NCBI GenBank assembly: GCA_947565915.1
Contig: CANOHY010000004.1
Location: 9,254-73,253, forward strand
DNA: 64,000 nucleotides
From: an uncultured Eggerthellaceae bacterium
GTDB lineage: Bacteria; Actinomycetota; Coriobacteriia; Coriobacteriales; Eggerthellaceae
Direction: 5' to 3'
This document shows, in pieces, positions 27,433-38,900 of this stretch. Numbering within the stretch: the stretch's first letter is position 1; each line of letters starts with the position of its first letter. Under the pieces are notes generated by a model, which was not told the DNA's origin, ran no database searches, and saw only the letters and a program-made list of their open reading frames with translations. The translations under genes and the position numbers were made by a program.

Positions 27433-28092
27433 CTAGGCTTGGATGTATTTCTTGAACGAGTCCACCAGGTCGTGGCGCACGCAGGCAAGGACAAGGTCGC
27501 CCTGATGCAGCACCGACTCGCCCGTAGGGATGGACGAAGACGATCCATCCTTGCGCTCGAATGCCACCACGCTGATATCGTGCTCGCGCTCCATCTCGGA
27601 CACGTGCACGGAGTCTTGCCCGCTCCACGATAAATCGAGCGAGAAGCGCAGCAGCTCGTAATCGCCGAAGCTCTCCACGTGGGCGCGATGCCCCGAGACG
27701 ATCTTGCTGAAGGTTTCCTCGGCCACCAAGCTGGTGCCGCACACGTAGTCGATGCCCAGCTGCATGTAGGCACGCTCGTGGTTTTGGTTGTACAAGCGCG
27801 CTATCACATGCGGCACCTCGTACAAGCGACTTGCCACCTCGGCTGTCATCAGGTTCGCGTTGTCGGATTGCGTGACTGCTGCCACGATGTCGCAGTCTTC
27901 GATGCCAGCCTTCTCCAGCGTGGCCCCATCGTAGCCGATGCCCTGCACGGTGCTGCCATTGAAGTTGCGTCCCAGGTTCGCGAAAGCATCGGCGCGCAGA
28001 TCGATCACCGACACGTTCGCTCCGTTATCGGAGAGCATCCCTGCCAAGCGCGATCCCACGCGCCCGCACCCTACCACGATCACATTGAGCAT
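27433..28092 (-). CDS. Trk/Ktr-system potassium uptake NAD-binding (RCK) subunit, second paralogue
   Basis: It has the MLNVIVVGCGRVGSRLA motif and is paired with the preceding gene. AAGGAG RBS. Confidence 0.85.
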   Translation of the reverse strand: MLNVIVVGCGRVGSRLAGMLSDNGANVSVIDLRADAFANLGRNFNGSTVQGIGYDGATLEKAGIEDCDIVAAVTQSDNANLMTAEVASRLYEVPHVIARLYNQNHERAYMQLGIDYVCGTSLVAEETFSKIVSGHRAHVESFGDYELLRFSLDLSWSGQDSVHVSEMEREHDISVVAFERKDGSSSSIPTGESVLHQGDLVLACVRHDLVDSFKKYIQA

Positions 28093-28204
28093 ATGTGCTC
28101 CTTACCCACGTTTCGCCTGGGGTTCATTGTCGCACATCTAGGGACATCGCACTTAGCGGCGAAGCTTTAGCTGTGCGCATCAAGCCAGGGCATTCACGAA
28201 ACGA

Positions 28205-29038
28205 CTAGATGCGGCGCATTTGCTCCAAAGTGACGTCATACCAATGCAGGTAGGTAGGCGGGCAGTAGCGCAAAGCGGCCGACTTGGTAAGGCTATAGCC
28301 ATAGCCACTTGCCAATCCTGCTACATGGTCGGTGATGGCTGAAGTCCAATTCGACCACGTGCGCGAACCCCACCCCCATGCGTTGCAGGGCAAGAAGCAC
28401 ACGCTGCCCATGCCGCTCTCCGTGTTCGAGATTGCTGGCGACCAGCGGGGGTCAACGCCGTTTTCCCAAGCCGCCTCGGCAAAGACCGAGCCATAGCCTG
28501 CAAGGTTCGATTGCCCCAGGTAGTCGTCTATGCGCTTGCTCCACTCGGCAACGAATGCCTCCTTGCCCACCGTCCAATCCACGGCAGGCAACCCATATTC
28601 GTCAGTCGATTCGCTGGCGGGCTGGTCTTGCGCATCCACGCCCTGCTTCTTCTTGTTGGCAGCCACGCGCGCGAGGGCTTGCGCCTTCTCTTCCTCGAGA
28701 CGCTGCGCTTCGATGGCCTCCAGCTCGTCAACCATCTGCAGACCCGCATCAAGCGAGCGATGATTGCTTGCGCCCAAAAGCGCCAGCTGCTCGTCGAAGC
28801 TGCCTTGCGCAGTTCCATCCTCAACCGTTGACGTGTCCTGCACCTCTTCGCCAGCAAGCGAAGTGGCCGAGTGAGTGGCCTCGTCGAAGCCGAAAGCGCT
28901 GATGCTTGCCACCTTATCGGACACCTCGGCAGAGGCCACGCCGAAACCGACGCCGCAGGCGACTAAGAGAATGAAAAAGCCGACGATGGTGAGCTTCACC
29001 ACTCCGTCGGCTCTACGTTTAAGCTGCTTCCGACTCAT
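28205..29038 (-). CDS. membrane-anchored secreted protein with lysozyme-like (glucosaminidase/GH73-like) C-terminal domain
   Basis: ATG at 29038 with GAAGGAG RBS and one TM (LTIVGFFILLVACGVGFGVA). The C-terminal AISNTESGMGS...NAWGWG resembles the LESGWG...NN.FGI motif. The family call is tentative. Confidence 0.45.
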   Translation of the reverse strand: MSRKQLKRRADGVVKLTIVGFFILLVACGVGFGVASAEVSDKVASISAFGFDEATHSATSLAGEEVQDTSTVEDGTAQGSFDEQLALLGASNHRSLDAGLQMVDELEAIEAQRLEEEKAQALARVAANKKKQGVDAQDQPASESTDEYGLPAVDWTVGKEAFVAEWSKRIDDYLGQSNLAGYGSVFAEAAWENGVDPRWSPAISNTESGMGSVCFLPCNAWGWGSRTWSNWTSAITDHVAGLASGYGYSLTKSAALRYCPPTYLHWYDVTLEQMRRI

Positions 29039-29222
29039 ATTTTGTTTTGCTCCTTCGGGCAGCAACCACTGCGCTGCCGTGAAGGGCTATTGTACTCCAC
29101 TGAATCCGCGCGGGGCAAACCAAACTGCCATGAACGGTCAATCCCCTGCTCAGAGCTTATGCTATCAACGACTCGCGCCAGTCGAAGCGTAGGAAGTCGC
29201 GGCCATCAACAAGCTTCGAGGC

Positions 29223-29939
29223 TCATTGCTCATCTGCCTCATCCTTGGCATGCCAGCGCTCCCAGAACCGAAGCTTAGCGAAGTAATCCCGGCGGTGCTG
29301 GCGCACGTAGGGCTGAAGCGCCTCGATCAGCTCGTCGGCATCCATGCCCTGGAGCCTGCTCGCGAGGAAGGCTATGCCGGGGATGGCGCGGTATCCATTC
29401 TCGTACTCCTCCAAGGTCATGAAGGGCTTGGCATCCACTGAACCCGAGTCATCCAGGCAGCCTATCACTACGAGTTCGCCCGAGCGCCTGACCCAGCGCA
29501 CGTCATCGATCGGGACCTCCATCATGGCCACCTCGGTTTCCATCCCGATGAGCCCATCCTCGAACCAGGTGATGCATTGCCCATCAGCATCGGGCTCGTC
29601 GAACCCGAGCCTCTCGGCGTACATCCGCATGGTGTTGCGCTGCTTTCTCTTTATGAACCAAAGCGGCGGCGAATTAGTAAGAAAAGCGACAATGAGGAAG
29701 AAGAGAATCAAGACGAAAACCCAAGTATTGCAAGCAACCAACCATGCTGGAAACTCAAGTAGCCAAGCAAGCAGAAATGCAAATAAGAGATAATACACAG
29801 AGACGATAATGAAAGCGAAGAACTTCTTCCACTTCGACATGAAGTCGCAGATGCGCGAGTACTCGAGGAACTGCTCCCTTGTGAATGAGTAGCTGCACTC
29901 GGCTTTCATGTCATCTGCCATTGGAATGGTTTGCTGCAT
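29223..29939 (-). CDS. hypothetical membrane protein, candidate immunity protein for the RHS toxin
   Basis: 238 aa. The first ATG overlaps the RHS ORF by 29 nt, with alternative ATGs at 29921 and 29909. It has 2-3 TM helices and a ~140-aa soluble C-terminal domain. The 5' half is A/T-rich. The immunity role is inferred from position only. Confidence 0.6.
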   Translation of the reverse strand: MQQTIPMADDMKAECSYSFTREQFLEYSRICDFMSKWKKFFAFIIVSVYYLLFAFLLAWLLEFPAWLVACNTWVFVLILFFLIVAFLTNSPPLWFIKRKQRNTMRMYAERLGFDEPDADGQCITWFEDGLIGMETEVAMMEVPIDDVRWVRRSGELVVIGCLDDSGSVDAKPFMTLEEYENGYRAIPGIAFLASRLQGMDADELIEALQPYVRQHRRDYFAKLRFWERWHAKDEADEQ

Positions 29940-32900
29940 ATTGATTGTCTTTCCATTGCTGCTTTTTTCCCGAGTCTTCTAAGTACTTATCTGCCATAAG
30001 AGCTCCAATGCCAAAAGCTACTCCAACCACTGCCATTGCAATCAGGCCAGCGGGGCCGCCAATCAGGGTACCGGCTAAAATGTAAGCACCCGATGCTGCC
30101 ATCAATCCTCCCGCAGTTGCGCCTACAAATACCCACGAATCTGCTAGGAACTCGACGCTTGCATCGCTCGCCGCTCGGTCCGGCGTCACGTTCGGGTTGT
30201 TGTAGGCTGCATAGGTGTCGACCGCCACGCTGCCTATGCCGGTAGCAACGCCAATAGCTCCGACGACCTTGCCAGCGCCACTCAGGATCTTGTTCATCGC
30301 GGCAAGGCTGCTTTCCCCGAAGCCCGTCCCAGACTTCACGACCACCCTGGCAGCCTGCCACCCGACCGCGTTCGCGCCCTTCGTGATCTCGATGGTGAAG
30401 CTCGCGCCCTTCTGCAGCGCATCGAGGGCGGTGGCGCATTGGGCTGCGGCCATGGGCTTGGGCGCCTCCTTGCCCATGTGGAGATACTGGCTGCAGTACT
30501 TCTCGGCAGCAGCCCGCGAGATCCAACCGTTGTTGTACATCGACCAGGCGAGATAGGAGCGGTCCGCTCCCTCTTGCATCTTGGAGAGCTGCTGCTCGTT
30601 GTACATGCGCTGCGCGGTCGTGGTCAGCTGGTGCGATTCGTTGTACTCCCTGCGCCTCTCGTAGGTCCGCTCCTTCGAGGATGGCGAGTACTTCGCCATG
30701 ATCGACTCTTGGCGCCTGCGCTCGGCCTCCGCCTTGTACTCGGCCTCGTAGCTCGTGAGCATCTTATGCCCAGATGGGTCGATTGCGTTCACCGGGTCGC
30801 CCTCGGAGTAGGCGTAGCGCAGCTGCGAGGCGGGGTTGGCTGCTTGTCCCAGATAGGTGTCCTGGCTTGCGAACGAGAGGGTGGCCGTCACGAGGAAGCG
30901 GGCCCGCAGGTAAACAAGCCCTGTGGCAGAGTCTGCCTCCTCGGCGTTCCAGCCGCGGCTCGGCAGCGTGCCCGTGGCGGCCTCGATCGTGCCGGTTACG
31001 CTGAACGCAGCGGTGCCCACGAGGCTGCCCGAGCCGTCGAAGGCAGCGGTCACCGAGCCGCGCCCGTCGAAGGCATATGAGGTCGCGCCCTCGGCAAGGG
31101 GAAGCGCAGAGAAGGAGCCGGAATCGGCTTGGGGAAGGCCACGGGTCTCGACCGAGGCAGCGGTGCTATTCGCAGACGGCTCGGCTACAGCCGACATCAA
31201 GGAGAGCTCAGGTTGGGCTTCCGTGGCAACGGGGTCGAGCAGGGCCGTCAGGTCGTCCCCGCCCGCATCGAACAGGTAGAGATGGTCGCTCGTCGCGCCA
31301 TCCTCTCCGACGGTCGCAAGGGGCTGGGCAACGTCGCTCAGGGACGTGCTCGCGTAGGCCCGCTCGTCCATGCCCACGATCACGCCGCCGCTTGCAAGCT
31401 CGCCTGCGATCGAGGATACCGGGGGCTCTCCTGCCCCCAGGCCGCCTGTGGCATCGTCCGACAGGTCGTCGGCATCGAGCTCGTCCCTGCCGCGCCCGCG
31501 CCCGCGCGCATGCCACTTGGAGGCCAGAAGCTGCAGGAGCGCCCCCGATGCAGCAGGATTCGCTATACCTAAGGACCCTGCGAACCCCGAGCAGAGCGCG
31601 AGGGCCAGCGGTGCCAGCCCATCGCCCAGGTTGGGAAGCGCATCGGCGACGCCCTCCGATGCCGACACCCCGCCTTGGGCGATGGCCTCCTCTCCCACGC
31701 TCGCCTGCCAGACGCGGTTGCCATCCCCGTCGTAGGCAACGCCGAGCGAGAGCGCGTCTCCCTGCATCACGGCCGTCAGGCGGTTCTCGAGCCCGTAGGA
31801 ATAGGTGGTAGTGCCATCGGGCGCTTCTAGCTCCGTCAGGTTCCCGGCATCGTCGTAGGCATAGGTGGTCTTCCCTTCATTGCTCGTGGAGCTCACGAGC
31901 CTACCATCGGCGTCATAGGCGAACGTGGCGTGGTAGGCGCCCGCTCCCGTGCGGGAAGCCTCGACGCGGTTGCCCGCCGCATCGTAGGCGAAGCTCTCCT
32001 TAAAGGCGCCATCAGGGCCTGTGCCCGCAACGCCGGCAAGCCTTCCGGCATCGTCGTAGGATAGCTCGCGGCTGCCCTCGCCGAGTCCTTCGGCCTGCCA
32101 CTGCTCGCGGGCTATGCGCCCCGCGCCATCGTAGGCATACGCGTAGCTCGACACGGGATCACCGTGCGCATCGAGGTTCTCGACAGCAGATATGCGCCCG
32201 AGGCCATCCCTCTGCCATGAGGTGGAGGACCCGTCGGGGCGAGCGACGGATGCGGGGCGCCCCTCCGCATCGCAGGAGATGTTCCAGCTGCCCGCATCGG
32301 TTGAGATGGACGCAGGGTTGCCAGCGACGTCGTAGGAATAGCGGGCCACCTTGCCGTCCGGGTAGGCGACCGACGACACGCGCCCGTCGCCGTCGTATGA
32401 GTAGGCAAGTCGCCTGCCCGCTCCGTCGGTCTCGGACGCTATGCGCCCCGCTCCGTCGTATTCGCGCATGTAGGTTCCCGTCCAGTCGGAGCGCGAGGCA
32501 AGGTTGCCCTCGTCGTCGTAGGCGTAGCCCACCTCCGATCCAGGCGATGCGGGGTAGGACTTCGAGGTCAGGTTGCCCTCGCCGTCGTAGGCGAAGCGCG
32601 TCTCGGTGCCTGCGCCATCGACGTAGGAGGTCGGCCGCCCCGCGGCGTCCCGGGCGATCCTCTCGGTTGCGCCCGTCGGCGAGGTGACGCTCGTCAGGTT
32701 GCCGAGGGCGTCGTAGGCGTAGGAGGTGGTGGCGCCGAGCGCATCGGTGGCGCTCGCGACGTTGCCGAGAGCGTCACGCTCGTAGGTGGTGCTGCCCGCG
32801 CCGTCAGTGACCGAGGCGATGCGGCCTGCGGCATCGTATGAGTAGGTGGTGGGCTGGGATGTGCCCTCGGACCTCGAGGTCAGGTTGCCCGCCGCATCGT

Positions 32901-35900
32901 AGGCGTAGCGGGCGGACTGGGCGCCCTCGGGCGCTTGCCCGCTCTCCTGGAGGGACCGAAGCGCCGATGCGGCGCCATCGGCGCTCGCCGCCTTGACCGA
33001 GGCCATAAGGCGCCCTGCCTCGTCGTACCCGAACGCTGATGCCGTGCCGAAGGCGTCGGTTGCTGCCACCACGCGGCCGTCGGCATCGTAGCGCCAGGTA
33101 GAGACGCCCTTGCCGACCTTCTTGGAGGCGAGGTTTCCCGCCGCGTCGTATGAAAAGGCGGCCTCGACGGTCGCCCCGCTTGTTGCCGAGACGAGGTTTC
33201 CGCGCTTGTCGTAGGCGTAGCGCGCCGTCGCACCCGCGCCGTCGGTCATCGAGGTGGGACGGCCCATCCCGTCGTAGGCGATGCGGGTCGCATTCCCTGC
33301 GCCGTCGCGATAGGCGATGACGTTGCCCACCGCGTCGTAGGCCCACTTGCGCTCGCTGCCGTTGGAGTCGGTAGCCGAGGTCAGGCGCCCGAGCGCATCG
33401 TAGGCGAAGGCGTTCTCGAGCCCCAGGTTGTCGGCTATGCCCACGATGTTGTCCATGACGTCATAGGATAGGGCAAGCTCACGGCCTAGAGGAGTGGTCG
33501 TGCCCACAAGCCGGTCGGCGACGTCGTAGGCATAGGTCTGCGTGGCCCCGACGGCATCGGTGACCCGGATGAGGTTTCCAACTTGGTCATGCTCGAGGGT
33601 AGTGGTGGCACCTATCGGGTCGGTCATGGACGTGACGTTGCCCGCCGCATCGTAGGCGTAGGCGGTGGCGTGGGAAAGCGGGTCCTTGGCGGCGGTTACG
33701 TTTCCGGCTCCATCGTAGGCATAGGAGCTCTCCGCGCCGCTCGGGTCCCTCCAGGCGATGAGGTTGCCCACGCCGTCGTAGTCGAAGCTCAAGGCTCGGC
33801 CGCTCGGGAGCGCGAAGCGCACGAGGTTGCCTGCCCCATCGTATGCGTATGCGGTCTCGTTGCCGAGAGGATCCGTCTCGGAGGTCAGGTTGCCCGCCTC
33901 GTCGTATCCGTAGGTGCGCCGGTATCCCTCCCCGTCGGTCATGGCGACGATGCGCCCCGCATCGTCGTAGGCATAGGCGCTCATGGCCCCCGCCTTGTCG
34001 ATGGCGGCAACCACGCGCCCGCAGCCATCGTATTGGTAGGCGGTGCGGTTGCCTGCCGCATCCTGCTCCAGGACGAGGTTTCCGCACTTGTCGTGCTTGC
34101 GCGTGCTCGCGTTGCCGAGGGCATCGGTGGTGGATACGAGCAGCCCGCATGCGTCGTATGCGTAGGTGGTGACGGCTCCCGCCGCATCGGTCGCCCGGAC
34201 GACCTCGCCCCATTCGTCGTACTCGCTTGTCACGGTGCGCCCGAGCATGTCCGTCTTGGAGATCTGGCGTCCCGCCCCGTCGTATCCGAAGTCCCAATGG
34301 CGCGCATCACCGTCTGACGCCGAGGTCATGTTGCCGCGCACGTCGTAGGCGAACGAGAGCGTGACTCCCATGACGTCGGTCAAGGAGGTCAGGTTGCCAA
34401 GAGCGTCGTAAGCGAGGCTCGCGGCGTTTCCGCGTGCGTCCACGGTGCGCGCCACGTTGCCCGCTGCGTCGTATCCCTGCTCGGTGCGGTTGCCGAGCGC
34501 ATCGATCGCGGCAACGGCGCGCCCGAGGGCATCGTATTCGAAGGCGGTCGTAAACCCGCGCGCATCGGTTGTTTTGACGAGGTTGCCGACCGCGTCGTAC
34601 TCGAAGGCGGTGACGTTGCCCGCGCCATCGGTCACGGAGAGCAGCTCGCCTATGGAGCCGTAGGCGTAGCGCACCTCGACGCCCGCGCCGTCAACCTGCG
34701 CGATCACGTTTCCCCGAACGTCGTATTCGGTCGAGATGGTCGCGCCTTCTGGGTCGGTCGTCGACACCTGGCGCCCTGCGCCGTCGTAGGCATAGGTGGT
34801 GACGTTGCCTTCGGGGTCGGTCGCGGAGGCGAGGTTGCCCGCTGCGTCGTAGGCGAACGCCCACTCCTCCCCTGCCGGGTCGACCATAGACGTCATCTGC
34901 CCGGCCTCGTCGTAGGCGAGCTCCCAGATCCTCCCCTCCACGTCGACCTTGGCGAGCCTGCCGGCAGCGGTGTAGGCGTAAGATGTAGTCGCACCCGCCC
35001 CATCCGCCTCGCTTATCAATCTGCCGCCAGAAGCGTAGGCTCGCTCGGCAATCGTGCCGAGGGCATCTTCGCTCTTGGTCAGGCGGCCCATGGTGTCATA
35101 GGTGCTCTCCGTGCGGTTGCCGAGCGCGTCGATGGTGGCGAGCGCTACCCCGTAGGTTCCGTCGCGCTCGTAGGTGGTGATGGCACCATCCGGCCCCTCC
35201 TCGGAGGTGAGATAGCCGCGGGCATCGTAGGCATAGGAGGTCGCGTTCCCGGCAAGATCGGCATGCGCGGTGCACCTGCCCTTGCAGTCGTAGGACCAGG
35301 ATTCCACGTTGCCCAAGGCGTCCGTGTGCGCGACCTGGTTGCCTGCCGCATCGTAGGCATAGGATTCGGTGGCGCCGCTCGGAAGGGTAACCGAGGTGGC
35401 CTGTCCCTTGGCGTCGCGGATGAACGCCGTGCGTTGGCCGTTCGCATCGACGAGGGACGCGAGGTATCCCATGGGAGTGAGCTCGTAGGTGGTATGAGCA
35501 CCTGTGCCGTCCGTCTCGCCGACGATGTTGCCCGCAGCGTCGTACATGGTGCGCGAGATATTGCCCGCAGGGTCGGTGACCGACACGCGTCGGCCCATGG
35601 CATCGTAGGCATAGGCCGTCGTGCGCCCCAATGCATCGGTCTCGCTCGTCACCCACGGGCCGGAATACGCGTAGGCGATGGACACCCCGTCGGCATCGGT
35701 GGCGCGGAGGAGGCGGTGCGCCGAGTCGTACTCGAAGGAGAAGGCCTCTCCGCTCGACGACGTTTGCGAGACGAGGTCTCCCGCAGCGCTGTAGGCGTAG
35801 GAGATCTCCTCGCCATCGGGGTTCACCTGGCCAACGAGGCGGTTCTTCCCATCATAGGAATAGCTCGTCGCCCAGCCATCGGGCGAGGTGGAGCAGGTCA

Positions 35901-38900
35901 GGTTGCCGCGCCCGTCGTGGGCATAGATGCCCTCCTCGTCGTAGGCGAGGTTTCCGGATGCGTCGTATCCCCGCGAGACGGAGGTGCCGTCCGGATAGCC
36001 TATCCCCACCGTGCGCATGAGCGAGTCGTAGCGGTAGGTGGTCACCTGTCCCATGGCGTCGGTCGCGATGGTGGCGCCGCCCACGTAGGAGAAGCGCACC
36101 ACGCCTCCGAGAGCATCGGTCTGGCTTATGACGCGCCCTTGGTTGTCGTAGGCGTTGCGCACGGCCATGTTGCCATCTGGGTCCCTGAAGGAGGTCATGC
36201 GATGCGCCCCGTCGTAGCCATAGCGGGAGGTGGCGCCATTGGGCTCGGTGGCAGATACCAGGTTGCCGGAGGCATCGTAGCCGTACGTGCAGGCGGCCCC
36301 TCCGGGAAGCGCGAGCTTGGTGATATGCCCTGCAGCGTCCCACTCGAGCCCGAAGCGGATGCCCGAGGGGGAGACGACCGCGGAGACGAGCCCCTCGGCA
36401 TTCCTTTGGATGGTGGTAGCGAGCCCCAGCGCGCTCGTGCGGCTGGTCATGAGCCCCCAGGCGTCGAAGGAGTCGTAGGAGCCGTCCTGCCGCGAGAGCG
36501 TCCAGCGGACGTAGTCGACCTTGTTCTGCGTGTAGCGCGTGCCGGTCAAGGTCAGGGCGGGCTCCTCGGGGCATCTGAACGTGAGACCGCTCGCGCGGCT
36601 GAAGAAGTACACCTTGCCATCCCCCGCAGAGTACGCGATGGTGTTGGCGTCGGTCATGGAAAGCGATGCATCCCACGCAAACGACCAGCCGCGCCCGAAG
36701 GCCCCGGCCACATCTGCCGCCTTGGAGTTGTAGGTGCGGGCGAGCTTAAAGTCGCCTTCCACCTCGGGCACGCTCGCATCCACGCGCTCCATCACGAAGT
36801 TGCCGGTGCTCAGGTTCACCGGCTCGTATCCGTACTCGCAGTGCTTGGCCCTGCCCATGAGCGCCGAGTCGATCCGCCTCTTCTGGTCCACCGAGAGGTT
36901 TGAGGGGTTGTAGGCAGCGGTGGTCTTGGGGTTGCGGACGAAGAGCGTGTTGCCCTTGATGGAAAGCGAGTCGTGCACGTGGTTGTCCGCGCAGATGGTG
37001 GAAAGGGAGACCCCGTAGTGCTTGGCGATGTAGGGCAGGGTGTCGGTTGCCTTGGCCTGATAGATCAAGAACTTGTCGCTTGCCACCTCCTTGCCGACGG
37101 TGGCGTTCAGCACCGGCTGGGCGCGAAGGGAGTAGAGCGCATCTGCCGAGAGATTGGCGAAGAGCGGCGTTTGCCAGTTTCCGAGCTTGTCCTTGTACTT
37201 GGTGGCGTTCGGGTAGGCGGCCTCCCAAGCGGAGGAGTCGGGGTACTTGTAGCTCTTGGAGGCTATCGAGGCCCCCGCATCCCCGCGGCCATCGAGCTGC
37301 CAGCCCACGGCAGCGCCGGGTGTCGCCACCCCGTCTGCGAACACGCCATCGACCGCTTGGGTGCCCGCGACGGTCGTCTCGGTGACGGGCCGCAGGGCCA
37401 CGGTGGTGGAGTTCAAGGGATAGGAGGGGCTCACCGGGTCGGGAGTCGACCACTTGACCTCGAGCTTGGGCGGGTTGGCCGAGGTGTTGCCGGAGAACAC
37501 CTCGCATTGCATGTTGCGCTCGTCCTCGGACTTGAGCACGATGCCGTTGGGGGCGGCCAAGCCCTGCGCCCAGGCGTTCACCGCCTCGCGCACGTCCCAC
37601 TTCACGTAGCCCTCGGAGGTGCGCGCCTTCTTGAATGACAGGAAGGTGTGCTTGGCGTTCTTCTGGGTGTTCCACTTGAGCGTGTAGTAGTCCCACGCCT
37701 CGTCCATCCGGTAGGCGCCCATGTTGTTCTTGCCAGCCGAAAGGGTGGTGAACTGGTAGAGCGAGAAGGTGGCCGAGTCGATGCGCTCCTCGTTCATGTT
37801 GGCCGCAAAATCGTAGTCGAACTTCGCGTAGACGCGGCAGAACTCGTGCCCGCGCCCTCCCGGGTTGAAGGCGCCAGAGGCGGTTGCCACCCCGTCGTCA
37901 TAGCCCACCGGCAGAAAGCCCGAGTCGCCGATGACGCGGTCCCACGCCGACTCGACCACGGTGATGGTGGTCTTGGAGGCGCCGATGGAAACAGAGGGGT
38001 CTATGCGCACGGGGTAGGCCCGCTCGGGGGCACTTGCCCACTCCCAGTCGATGTCGAGCGCGATGACGGGCGCGCCTTCCTCCTCGTCGAGCGCGAGCCT
38101 CACCCCATCGCTCACCGCCCCGGCTGCATCCTCCATGTCAGGCGCGGCTATCGTCGCGACGAGCTCTCCGGCCGCATCGCGCACCACGACCGAGCCCTCC
38201 TCCAGCGCGCAGGCAAGGCGCGCGGGCAAATCGATGCGCGTTCGGAAGGTGCGCGGGGCCACCTCGCGCTTGAGGATCACGTCCTCCTTCACGAGCGAGC
38301 CCACGAGCGTGTACTGGTAGTCGATGCCCTCGGCAACCTCGGTGTAGCGGATGGAGGTGCCCTCCGCGGCCGACACCGTGAAGTCGCCGTCCAAGGGAAC
38401 CAGTCCGATGCTGCACTCATCGGCCCGAAGGACAAGCCCGCGCCCCTCGTCCATCTTGGCGGGAAGCTCCGCCGAAAACGAGTTCGCGGCGTTCACGTAG
38501 GTTGGGTTGCCTGCTTCCTTGCCTGGCACAGCCACAAGGGTGTTGTCGATGGGGGCGAGCGCGCCGTCCTCGGTGGCGTAGACGAGGTCGCGCCCGCCTA
38601 TCACCGTGGTGAAGTGGCGCGCATCCTCCTGGAAGACCACCGCCTCGCCGTCGGTTGCCACGGGAGTGCCGGGCACCTCGTCGAGCTCGAATCCGTAGAA
38701 GTCCTCTGGAGGCGCCGCCTTGGGGTCTGCCGGCTCGGGTGCCTTGGCCTCTTCTGGCTTCTCGGCGCCTTCCGTTGCCACCCCGTCAGCCAGCGAGGAG
38801 GCGAGCTCGGCCTGCTCCTCGATCCTCTCTGCGAGCTGCTCCTGCACCTCGGCCGCATGGGCGAACGATACCTTGCCGCCCAGGCTGAAGGCCAAGACGA

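Noticed and set aside
35263-36903. 546-aa + strand ORF, with similar ones at 37648-39060, 30439-31080 and 33583-34317, inside the RHS gene
   Set aside because: All are antisense to the YD-repeat coding frame and have Arg/Gly/His-rich low-information translations. The repeat periodicity is readable only on the minus strand.
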